DNA of 21,170 bases from Thermodesulfobacteriota bacterium (GTDB lineage: Bacteria; Desulfobacterota_D; UBA1144): the NCBI GenBank assembly GCA_036340075.1, contig JAYYZJ010000010.1:1-21170 (forward strand), given 5' to 3'. How positions within the stretch are numbered: position 1 is the first letter of the stretch; each line of letters opens with the position of its first letter. Positions 8,814 through 17,072 of this stretch are shown here, in pieces. The notes below the pieces were generated by a model. The model was not told where the DNA came from, ran no database searches, and was given only the letters and a program-made list of their open reading frames with translations. The position numbers and the translations under genes are program-made.

Positions 8814-9650
8814 TTGAAAATATTGGTAATAGTAAGACAAACTCCTGATACAGAAGCAAAAATTCAAGCAAATGCTTCAGGCAATGGAATAGAAACTTCA
8901 GATATGAAATGGATACTAAATCCTTTTGATGAATTTGCTGTTGAAGAAGCAGTTCAAATCAAAGAAGCTTTAGGTTCAGAACTAGTTATTCTCACAGTTG
9001 GCCCCGAAAGATCAGTTGAGGCACTAAGAACAGCCTTGGCAATGGGTGGAGATTCTTCAATTCACATTAGAGACGAAAATTTTGGAGATATGGATTCTTT
9101 TGCTCTAGCTAAAGTTATAGCATCAAAGATTAAAAGTATGGGTGATGTTGACCTTATTTTGGCTGGAAAAAAATGGATAGATGAAGAATCTGGCCAAGTT
9201 GCAATTCAAGTAGCAGAAGAGCTTGGCATACCTCAAGCCACTCTTGCAACCAGAGTTGCTGTTGATGAAGGAGCAAGAAAAGTAAAAGTACAATCAGAAA
9301 TAGAAGGTGGTCAAAGAATTGTTGAATTAGCTTTTCCTGCATTAATTACTTGTGAACGAGGTCTAAACGAACCAAGATATGCATCACTCCCGGGAATTAT
9401 GAAGGCAAAGAAGAAACCTTTAGAAGAAGTTTTGATTGATTCTATTAATCTTGAAGAGATTGGATTAACACAAGAAGGTCTAGGTGTTGGCGGATCAAGA
9501 ATGAAGGTTGATAACATTGATATCCCAGTAATAACAAGAAGTTTGAATATTATCAAAGGAGAGAAAGCCGATACAGTCGAAGCTGAAGAGGTTCAAAAAG
9601 CCTCTGAAAATCTCGCAAAACTTTTAAGAGAAGAAGCAAAAATACTTTAG
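8814..9650 (+). CDS. etfB: Electron transfer flavoprotein beta subunit
   Basis: QTPDT, NPFDEFAVEEA, ALAMGGD, DLILAG, NEPRYASLPGIMKAKKKP. Confidence 0.95.
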   Translation: MKILVIVRQTPDTEAKIQANASGNGIETSDMKWILNPFDEFAVEEAVQIKEALGSELVILTVGPERSVEALRTALAMGGDSSIHIRDENFGDMDSFALAKVIASKIKSMGDVDLILAGKKWIDEESGQVAIQVAEELGIPQATLATRVAVDEGARKVKVQSEIEGGQRIVELAFPALITCERGLNEPRYASLPGIMKAKKKPLEEVLIDSINLEEIGLTQEGLGVGGSRMKVDNIDIPVITRSLNIIKGEKADTVEAEEVQKASENLAKLLREEAKIL

Positions 9651-9659
9651 GAGAAAAAA

Positions 9660-10634
9660 ATGAGCGAAATTTGGGTTCTGGTAGATACAAGTCAAGACAA
9701 AATTAGAAATGTAACATATGAGGTCTTATCTGCTGCAGCTAAACTAAAAGAGAAAAATGGTGCTACAGTAGCAGCAGTATATGTTGGACATAGTGGCGCT
9801 GGGATTGAAGGGGATCTTTCTAAATATGGTGCTGACAAAGTTTATAAAATTGAAAATCCATCTTTAAAAGATTTTAATCCATCTAGCTATGCTCATGTTC
9901 TATCTGAAGTTATCAACAAGCATAATCCAGACATTATATTAGCAGGAAACACTCTTCAAAATCAGGACTTTCTTCCAAGAGTTGCATCTAGAACATCAGC
10001 GGGACTTACTCTTGATGCGATAGATATTGACATCAGTTCATCGTCTACGTTACAAGTTAAGAGATATAGATATTCAGGAAAATCTATATCAACTATTAGT
10101 TACCATGATGTAAAGCCTATGATTGCCACTGTAAGACCAAATGCTTTTAAGGCAGTTGAAAATGCAGGCGCAGGTGAAGCAGTAAATGAGAGTATAGATG
10201 TTCCAGCTGATGAAAGCTTAAAAATATTAGATACTAAAATTATTCCAAAAGAGAGACCTGAGCTAACAGAAGCAGACAAAATTGTCTCGGGCGGAAGAGG
10301 TATGGGAGACGGTGACAGTTTTAAATTAATTTATGATATAGCTGATAGTGTTGGTGCTGCCGCAGGCGCATCAAGAGCTGCAGTTGACTCTGGATTTGTT
10401 CCTTATGAAATGCAAGTTGGACAAACAGGTAAAGTTGTATCTCCAAATCTATATGTAGCTGTAGGAATATCCGGATCTGTTCAACATTACGCGGGAATGG
10501 GTTCTTCTAAAGTAATTGTAGCAATAAACAAAGACCCTGATGCTCCAATTTTCCAAAAATGCGATTATGGCATATGTGGAGACTTATTTGAAGTACTACC
10601 TGCCTTAACAGAAGAATTTAAAAAACTTGGATAA
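9660..10634 (+). CDS. etfA: Electron transfer flavoprotein alpha subunit
   Basis: LTEADKIVSGGRG, GASRAAVD, QVGQTGK, GISGSVQH, AINKDPDAPIF. Confidence 0.96.
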   Translation: MSEIWVLVDTSQDKIRNVTYEVLSAAAKLKEKNGATVAAVYVGHSGAGIEGDLSKYGADKVYKIENPSLKDFNPSSYAHVLSEVINKHNPDIILAGNTLQNQDFLPRVASRTSAGLTLDAIDIDISSSSTLQVKRYRYSGKSISTISYHDVKPMIATVRPNAFKAVENAGAGEAVNESIDVPADESLKILDTKIIPKERPELTEADKIVSGGRGMGDGDSFKLIYDIADSVGAAAGASRAAVDSGFVPYEMQVGQTGKVVSPNLYVAVGISGSVQHYAGMGSSKVIVAINKDPDAPIFQKCDYGICGDLFEVLPALTEEFKKLG

Positions 10635-10635
10635 A

Positions 10636-11424
10636 CTATTTTATATCAACGAGCTTGATTTTTATTTTTAAATTTTTAAATATTTTTTTAATTGCTACCT
10701 CAAAATAAGATGATTGATCTGTAACATAGATTTGTCGTTTTCTTTTATCCTTAGTAAATTCTTTTGGATGATGTGCTTTAAGATATGCCAAGAGAGATTT
10801 TGATATTTCTTCTGCTGAATCAATTAAAATCACTTTTTTGCCTAGAAATTTTTGTATATGTTTTTTTATTAGTGGGTAATGAGTGCATCCCAAAATTAAC
10901 ACCTGTACTTTATTTCTTTTGAACAATTCCAAATTTTCTTTAATTATTATTTTTGAATAACTTTCTTCAGAAAGTCCTTGTTCAATTATTGGAACGAATA
11001 TTGGACAAGCTTTAGAAAAGATTTTAGTAGACTTACTATTTCGTTTCAAACTTTTTTGATATGTTTTGCTTTCTATAGTTGAAGATGTTCCTATTATCCC
11101 AATACGATTGGAATCTGTTTTTAATGAGGCTGTAACTCCTGAAGATAGTACATCAAATATTGGAATTCTAAATTTCTTTTTCAGCAAACCAGTTGAGTAA
11201 GAAGAAGCTGTATTGCAAGCAATAACAATTACCTGACAACCTAATGATCTAAGAAACTTTAAATTGTTCTCGGAATATTTATCAACAGTTTTCTTGGATT
11301 TGATTCCGTATGGGAGCCTTGCTGTATCACCTAAATAAATTATCTCAAAGGAAGGAAGTCGCTTAGATATCTCTTTAAATACCGTTAACCCCCCTATTCC
11401 TGAGTCAAAAATGCCTATTTTCAT
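10636..11424 (-). CDS. murI: Glutamate racemase
   Basis: IGIFDSGIGGLTV, GDTARLPYG, catalytic ACNTAS and LGCTHYP. Confidence 0.97.
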   Translation of the reverse strand: MKIGIFDSGIGGLTVFKEISKRLPSFEIIYLGDTARLPYGIKSKKTVDKYSENNLKFLRSLGCQVIVIACNTASSYSTGLLKKKFRIPIFDVLSSGVTASLKTDSNRIGIIGTSSTIESKTYQKSLKRNSKSTKIFSKACPIFVPIIEQGLSEESYSKIIIKENLELFKRNKVQVLILGCTHYPLIKKHIQKFLGKKVILIDSAEEISKSLLAYLKAHHPKEFTKDKRKRQIYVTDQSSYFEVAIKKIFKNLKIKIKLVDIK

Positions 11425-11581
11425 AACTCATTGAATTATAATGTATTTCTTTTTATTTTCTCTATAAAAATTTAAATACAAAAAAATAAAATTAGTTATA
11501 TTAAAAATTGGGCTCCTAGAGATGAATTTTTTACGGGGTGCCATCTTGATAAAGGAGCTCTTTTTATTGTAATCTTACCTT

Positions 11582-11779
11582 GTGGAAAAATTTGAAGTAG
11601 TTGAACCTATATCCGCTTACCATGTAAATTGCACTAATTGTGGTAGCAAGCTTTTTCCTATCAGTAATAACAGCTCTTCCGCGTCTGACGAAGAAGATGC
11701 TTCGATTGCTGAAGACAAAAAAGCTGACAAGGAATGTCATTGTTGTGGTAAAAAATTTATGGTTCTTTTTGGATGTTGA
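11582..11779 (+). CDS. Small Cys4 zinc-ribbon-like hypothetical protein
   Basis: CTNCG and CHCCG knuckles separated by a Ser/acidic linker; stop is 1 nt before the tautomerase ATG; promoter-like hexamers upstream. Confidence 0.65.
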   Translation: MEKFEVVEPISAYHVNCTNCGSKLFPISNNSSSASDEEDASIAEDKKADKECHCCGKKFMVLFGC

Positions 11780-11780
11780 A

Positions 11781-11966
11781 ATGCCATATATAAATGTAAA
11801 AGTAGCAGGAAAGTTAACTCAAAAACAAAGAAAAGAGATAGTAAAAGATATTACTGATACTATGCTTAAAGTTGCGGGGAAACCCGCCTCATCAACTTAC
11901 GTTCAAATAGACGAGATTCCCCGAAATCAATGGGGTGTTGGTGGAAAAATGCTTTCAGAAAAATAA
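11781..11966 (+). CDS. 4-oxalocrotonate tautomerase family protein (61 aa; start corrected to 11781)
   Basis: MPYINVK gives Pro-1 after Met removal; size and pattern fit the beta-alpha-beta fold (QKQRKEIV..IT..M, GKP, VQIDE, WGVGG). Confidence 0.9.
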   Translation: MPYINVKVAGKLTQKQRKEIVKDITDTMLKVAGKPASSTYVQIDEIPRNQWGVGGKMLSEK

Positions 11967-11982
11967 TCTTCTGATTGTAAAA

Positions 11983-13221
11983 CTATTCAGCGCTATATGC
12001 TTTTTCGCCATGCTCTGATAAGTCTAAGCCACTTTCCTCTTCATCACCACTAACCCTAATAGGAACAATGCTTTTAGCAACTAACACGATTACCGTAGTA
12101 ATAACAATTGTATAGATGCCAACAACAGTAACTCCAAATAATTGTTCATACCATCCTGCATAACCAAAGAATGCTACAGAGAGAGTTCCAATTATTCCCC
12201 CTACACCATGCACAGCAAAAACATCCAATGAATCATCTATATTAAATTGATTCTTAACTACTGAGCACATTTCTTGACATGCAATTCCAACAAAAGCACC
12301 AATCAAAATGGCTTCCATTGGTGAAACAGAACCAGAAGCAGGTGTTATTGTTGCCAAACCGGCTATTGTACCAGTTGCCAAACCTACTAGTGATGCCTTT
12401 CCATGTTTAAAATATTCATATCCGGCCCATGATAAAGAAGCTGCAGCGGCAGACAAGTGAGTAACTAAAAGAGTAGTTCCTGCACTACCGTTTGCGGCTA
12501 ACTGGGAACCAGCATTAAAGCCAAACCATCCAACCCAAAGCATACAAGTTCCGATCATAACGTATGCTGGATTATGTGGGGGCTTGTTCTTATCTTTTCT
12601 AGAACCTAGAAAATATGCAATAACTAAAGCAGCCAGACCAGCTGTTTCATGAACTACTAGACCTCCAGCTAAATCAACTGTACCGAGGTCAAGCAAGAAT
12701 CCTCCTGTTCCCCAAACCCAATGAGTAACAGGTGCATAACATAAAAGCATCCATAAGCTTGAAAAAATTAAAACAAATGAGAATTTAATTCTTTCTACAA
12801 ATGCACCAATAATTAAAGCTGGTGTAATGACAGCAAAGGTCATTTGAAAACCAGAAAATACAGTTTCCGGTATTGTGCCAGCCATACTATCAGGACCTAC
12901 GCCATTCAAAAATAATTTAGAAAGACCTCCCCAATATGGAGTCATATCTGCGCCATCTCCAAATGCAATTGTATACCCAGCAATAACCCAAAGTACAGAC
13001 ATGAGACAAGCCACTGCTATACAATGCATTAAAACTGAAAGAACGTTCTTAGATCTAACAAGTCCGCCATAAAACAAAGCCAAACCAGGCAAAGTCATAA
13101 AAAGAACAAGGGCTGTTGATGTTAAAATCCAAGAAGTATCACCACTGTTAAGCTCATCAGCGAAAGCGCTGGTGGGTAACATTAACAGAATAAAAACTAA
13201 AATTTTGGTAAAAATTTTCAT
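11983..13221 (-). CDS. amtB: Ammonium transporter (Amt family), downstream copy
   Basis: Signal peptide ending SAFA, PGLALFYGG, FQMTFA, DLAGGLVVH, GWFGFNAGS, DDSLDVFAVHG (twin His intact), GLDLSEHGE; SD AAGGAGG. Confidence 0.96.
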   Translation of the reverse strand: MKIFTKILVFILLMLPTSAFADELNSGDTSWILTSTALVLFMTLPGLALFYGGLVRSKNVLSVLMHCIAVACLMSVLWVIAGYTIAFGDGADMTPYWGGLSKLFLNGVGPDSMAGTIPETVFSGFQMTFAVITPALIIGAFVERIKFSFVLIFSSLWMLLCYAPVTHWVWGTGGFLLDLGTVDLAGGLVVHETAGLAALVIAYFLGSRKDKNKPPHNPAYVMIGTCMLWVGWFGFNAGSQLAANGSAGTTLLVTHLSAAAASLSWAGYEYFKHGKASLVGLATGTIAGLATITPASGSVSPMEAILIGAFVGIACQEMCSVVKNQFNIDDSLDVFAVHGVGGIIGTLSVAFFGYAGWYEQLFGVTVVGIYTIVITTVIVLVAKSIVPIRVSGDEEESGLDLSEHGEKAYSAE

Positions 13222-13260
13222 GTAATTTTACCTCCTTATACCTATCCTTAAACTATATAA

Positions 13261-13277
13261 GGCAATTTTCATGCCAA
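13261..13277 (-). promoter_or_regulatory. Sigma54 (-24/-12) promoter of the downstream amt
   Basis: Minus strand reads TTGGCATGAAAATTGCC: GG-N10-GC matching TGGCAC-N5-TTGC, about 40 nt upstream of the ATG. Confidence 0.85.
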
Positions 13278-13286
13278 ACATATATA

Positions 13287-13318
13287 GATAAGCCCTATCC
13301 CGTTAGGTAGGGCTTATC
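13287..13318 (-). terminator. 11-bp perfect hairpin, probable terminator or stabilizer of the upstream amt transcript
   Basis: GATAAGCCCTA-N10-TAGGGCTTATC, followed on the minus strand by TATATATGTTT (weak U tract). Confidence 0.7.
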
Positions 13319-13376
13319 GTTAAGGAGGTAGTGTTGTTAGGTATAAAGATGCGAACTGTTAAATTTCGCTTAGAAT

Positions 13377-14669
13377 TTATTTAAAGTAAGGATATGCTTC
13401 AATTCCAACCTCACTAGCATCGGACCCTAAGACCTCTTCTTCTTCTGATGGTCTTACTCCGATAACAATTTTTAAAATAAACCATACGATCGACGACACC
13501 ACAAAGACAAATAGAATTACTGATAAAGTACCTATAGTCTGAGTAAGAAATGATGTATCTGAATTTGATATAGGAACTGCGATGGTTCCCCAAATTCCAG
13601 CTAAAAGATGAACTGGAAGTGCTCCTACTACATCATCGATTGTTAAACTTTCAATAAATTTCGTTCCAAAGACTGCAATCACACCACCGACTCCACCTAT
13701 AAGAACTGACGTCATCATCGAGGGAGCTAATGGTTCAGCTGTAATCGATACAAGTCCAGCTAGTGCACCATTAAGTGCAAAAGTTACATCTACTTTTCCA
13801 AACATCATCTGTGCCAAAACCACAGCGGCAAGTAGACCAGAGCATGCTGCAAGATTTGTATTAACAAAAATATTTGATACCGAAACAGCATCATCCATAG
13901 TGCCTATAGCCAGCTGAGAGCCTCCATTAAAACCAAACCATCCAAGCCATAATATAAAAGTTCCCAGGGTTGCCAATGGAATGCTAGATGCAGGTATTGC
14001 ATTAGGTGTACCATCTGATTTAAATCTTCCCATTCTAGGTCCTATAATTATCGCTCCAGCAAGAGCTGCTGCTCCCCCAGCTGCGTGAACCAAAGTTGAT
14101 CCTGCAAAATCAGAAAATCCCATTGCGGATAACCATCCTCCTCCCCATTGCCATCCCATTTCAATTGGGTAAATAATTCCAGACAAAATTATTGCGAAAA
14201 TAAAAAATGTCCAAATTTTAACTCTTTCTGCTATTGTTCCAGAGACTATAGATACAGTAGTGGCACAAAAGACCATCTGAAAAAACCAATCAGAATTAGA
14301 TGCATATCCAGTGCTAATATCTTCCGCGGGTTCAAACATAGTGAAAGAACCTATGTATCCACCTTCTGGGATTCCATAAGCCAAGTTGTAACCAACTAAG
14401 AAAAACATAATTCCGGAAATTGAATATAAACCTATATTCTTCAAACATATAGTAGAAACATTCTTAGTTCTTACCATGCCTGATTCCAACATTGCAAATC
14501 CTGCTGCCATCCACATAACCAAAAAGCCACAAATAAGAAACAGGAGTGTGTTAAAAATAAAAGCGGTTTCTTCTGGACTGTTAGAAGCAAATGCATTATC
14601 AGTAAAAAGCAAAGTTAAAGAGCCAAGCATTAAAAAACATAAGAAATTTTTTAACTTTGATTTAATCAT
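13377..14669 (-). CDS. amt: Ammonium transporter (Amt family), upstream copy (start corrected to ATG 14669)
   Basis: SD GGAGG 8 nt before the ATG; signal peptide ending NAFA; MAAGFAMLESG, FFQMVF, SGTIAER, DFAGSTLVH, GWFGFNGGS, NGALAGLV, DDVVGALPVH. Confidence 0.96.
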   Translation of the reverse strand: MIKSKLKNFLCFLMLGSLTLLFTDNAFASNSPEETAFIFNTLLFLICGFLVMWMAAGFAMLESGMVRTKNVSTICLKNIGLYSISGIMFFLVGYNLAYGIPEGGYIGSFTMFEPAEDISTGYASNSDWFFQMVFCATTVSIVSGTIAERVKIWTFFIFAIILSGIIYPIEMGWQWGGGWLSAMGFSDFAGSTLVHAAGGAAALAGAIIIGPRMGRFKSDGTPNAIPASSIPLATLGTFILWLGWFGFNGGSQLAIGTMDDAVSVSNIFVNTNLAACSGLLAAVVLAQMMFGKVDVTFALNGALAGLVSITAEPLAPSMMTSVLIGGVGGVIAVFGTKFIESLTIDDVVGALPVHLLAGIWGTIAVPISNSDTSFLTQTIGTLSVILFVFVVSSIVWFILKIVIGVRPSEEEEVLGSDASEVGIEAYPYFK

Positions 14670-14704
14670 TGTTATATCCTCCAAGTAATATTTATTTCTT
14701 TGTT

Positions 14705-14721
14705 TGCAAAATCTATGCCAA
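14705..14721 (-). promoter_or_regulatory. Sigma54 (-24/-12) promoter of the upstream amt
   Basis: Minus strand reads TTGGCATAGATTTTGCA: GG-N10-GC near-consensus, about 36 nt upstream of the ATG. Confidence 0.88.
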
Positions 14722-14758
14722 TTAATAATTGTCTATTTTTTGTTGTATGCTTAATGCA

Positions 14759-16282
14759 ATGAATCATCCAAACAACCTTCAAGAACTACTTAAAAACTCA
14801 GCTGAAAAGTTTGGTGAAAGAGTAGCATTAAGTGAATTTGTTAATGGAGCTTTGTCTGAAATAACATATAAGACTCTTCATGAGTACGCATTGATAGGGG
14901 CAAATAATATAGTCAAGACAGGCTTGCAACCAGGTGAAAACATCGCCATTAAAGGTTCTAATTCAATTAGTTGGGTGGTTAGATTTTTTTCAATACTTTA
15001 TTCGGGATGTACTGTTGTCCCAATAGATCCAAAACTAAATAAGAAATCAATTGATTTCATCTTGAAATTTACAAATTCTTACCTTCTTGAAGATGTAATA
15101 AAAGAACAGGATAGAGATAAAATTAGCAATTTAAAAACAATAGATTCGGGTTCAGTGGCTGAAATATTGTTCACTTCAGGGACGACAGGAGAGCCAAAAG
15201 GTGTAATGCTTACACATAAAAATTTAATCTCAAATTTGATTGATATAAACAAAATTATATATTTTGATTATCCCGTAACTTCTTTTTCCATACTTCCTCT
15301 TCATCATGTTTATGAATTAACTGGAGGTCTTCTGAATAATATTTATAATGGAAATAAAGTTCATTTTTGCTCCAAAATAGATATATCTACAATGACAAAA
15401 GAAATGCAGATTGTTAAACCTGCTATATGGCCAGTGGTTCCATTAATCCTTGAGAAAATTTTTAAAGGTATCAAATCTAGTCTTCAAAAATCTATAATGA
15501 GACAAATTATTTTTAATATAGCACCAAAGATTTTTGGTAGATTAGTAAGAAAAAAAATGGGCTTAGAAAATGTTAAATTCATACTTTGCGGTGGTGCTCC
15601 ATTAAATCCAGAGATAGAAAAATTTCTTGATAGAATCAATATACAGATAATACAAGGATATGGTTTATCTGAAGCCTCTCCATTAATTACTGTAAACCCT
15701 CCAGAAAAAATTAAATTTGGTTCAGTTGGTAAGGTCATAGATTCTTGTGATGTAGAGATAAGGAAAAAGAATGAAGATGGTCATGGGATTATTTATGCCA
15801 AGGGCTCCAATATTTTTAAAGGATATTATAAAAACTTGGAATCCACTCAAGAAGTTTTAGAGAATGGCTGGCTAAATACCGGCGATATAGGATATTTTGA
15901 TTCAGATCAATATTTATATATAACAGGAAGAGAAAAGTTTGTAATTGTAAATGCTGGTGGAAAGAACATCTATCCAGAAGAAATTGAAGAAAATATCAAA
16001 ACTTCTAATCTAATTAAAGATGTAGTAGTTTTCAGCAACGATGATAAAAATATAATAGCTATAATCCAACCTGATGAATTTATATTTAAAAATACTGACA
16101 TTGATGAATTAAAAAGAGTAATTTCGAATTATATTTTGGATTCTAATAAAAATTTTGAATCATACAAAAGGATTAACAAAGTATATTTAACCAATAAGGA
16201 TTTCAATAAAACTTCTACACAAAAAATTAAGAGAGACTTTCTACGTAATTTTAATCCTAGTGATTATGATTTAGCATATTAA
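14759..16282 (+). CDS. Long-chain fatty acid-CoA ligase (AMP-forming); likely start ATG 14759
   Basis: FTSGTTGEPKGVMLTH, ILPLHH, CGGAPL, QGYGLSEASP, GWLNTGDIG, ITGREK, GKNIYPEEIE. Confidence 0.88.
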   Translation: MNHPNNLQELLKNSAEKFGERVALSEFVNGALSEITYKTLHEYALIGANNIVKTGLQPGENIAIKGSNSISWVVRFFSILYSGCTVVPIDPKLNKKSIDFILKFTNSYLLEDVIKEQDRDKISNLKTIDSGSVAEILFTSGTTGEPKGVMLTHKNLISNLIDINKIIYFDYPVTSFSILPLHHVYELTGGLLNNIYNGNKVHFCSKIDISTMTKEMQIVKPAIWPVVPLILEKIFKGIKSSLQKSIMRQIIFNIAPKIFGRLVRKKMGLENVKFILCGGAPLNPEIEKFLDRINIQIIQGYGLSEASPLITVNPPEKIKFGSVGKVIDSCDVEIRKKNEDGHGIIYAKGSNIFKGYYKNLESTQEVLENGWLNTGDIGYFDSDQYLYITGREKFVIVNAGGKNIYPEEIEENIKTSNLIKDVVVFSNDDKNIIAIIQPDEFIFKNTDIDELKRVISNYILDSNKNFESYKRINKVYLTNKDFNKTSTQKIKRDFLRNFNPSDYDLAY

Positions 16283-17011
16283 TTCTATCTTTCTAAATCT
16301 TGTATTTTGTAATTTGTATTCATCTTTTAGTTGCCTTGGTCTTAGTATTAATTTGCTTTCTAGCATCCTGTAAGGTATTTCAAGGATAATACTTCTTGAC
16401 TTAAAAGATCCAGGAGCAAATTTATAAGCAGAATCTGCTATCTTTTCAATTTTTAAATTAAATTCTTTTTTATTAAAAGAATATACTGTAGGAACAAGAT
16501 TTGAATCGACATCTCTTTCTCTACAGATTATCAATGAAATCAAATCGCATACCTGAAGAAACTTTAACTCCATAGTAAAAGTTGGATTACTTACATCAGG
16601 CATAGTTGTTTTTCTGAAAGTATTTTTAAGTATTTGATTAGCTTCATCAACAAACTTGCTTTCTTCTTTTCTGCTTTTTGAATTTAGATAAAGCTTTTTA
16701 AAATGCTCAGCTATTAAAAGTTGAGAATAAGGATTTAACGAGGAAGCAATGCTTTTAAGCCATAGTTCTTCTTGGAGTGATTGCTTCATATTTTGAAAAG
16801 TGTAAATCTCACGATTATCAGATACCTTTGGAACTTTGTCATATTCAATCCAACCAACATCATGATTTCTGATAGCATACTTTAGGCTTTCATTTTGGCT
16901 AAGTTCACCAACAATATCCTCATGGAAACACATAAAAAAATCTAAGGCTATGCTTGCATGATCATGCTGAGTAATAAAGCATATATAGTCCTTATATTCT
17001 TTCGTAATCAA
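16271..17011 (-). CDS. DUF3891 family protein (start corrected to TTG 17011)
   Basis: ITQHDHA and AIRNHDVGW motifs as recalled for DUF3891; SD AAGGAG 6 nt before TTG; corrected start removes the overlap with purE. Confidence 0.75.
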   Translation of the reverse strand: MITKEYKDYICFITQHDHASIALDFFMCFHEDIVGELSQNESLKYAIRNHDVGWIEYDKVPKVSDNREIYTFQNMKQSLQEELWLKSIASSLNPYSQLLIAEHFKKLYLNSKSRKEESKFVDEANQILKNTFRKTTMPDVSNPTFTMELKFLQVCDLISLIICRERDVDSNLVPTVYSFNKKEFNLKIEKIADSAYKFAPGSFKSRSIILEIPYRMLESKLILRPRQLKDEYKLQNTRFRKIELIC

Positions 17012-17037
17012 ATTTAGCTCCTTTGTAATTTTATCTC

Positions 17038-17066
17038 TTGAAATCTTATTATAATCAAGATAACTT
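17038..17066 (+). promoter_or_regulatory. Putative sigma70 promoter for purE, positioned for a leaderless transcript
   Basis: TTGAAA-N17-TAACTT-N6-GTG; no SD before the GTG. Confidence 0.5.
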
Positions 17067-17072
17067 ATTTCT

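Noticed and set aside
11640..11780. N-terminal extension of the tautomerase in the ORF track
   Set aside because: The family needs Pro-1, so the start is ATG-CCA at 11781; the extension overlaps the Cys4 ORF
13321..13384. + strand TAAGGAGGT followed by a 16-17 codon ORF (GTG/TTG start, LGIKMRTVKFRLEFI)
   Set aside because: SD-start spacing is short, no + strand promoter is evident, and it is antisense to the amt transcript; the motif is better explained as an anti-SD, though a micropeptide is not strictly excluded
13764..13779. TGCAC-N6-GTGCA palindrome resembling an NtrC site
   Set aside because: Spacing is one base short of the TGCAC-N7-GTGCA consensus, it is about 490 nt from the promoter, and it is explained by the conserved ALNGAL coding motif
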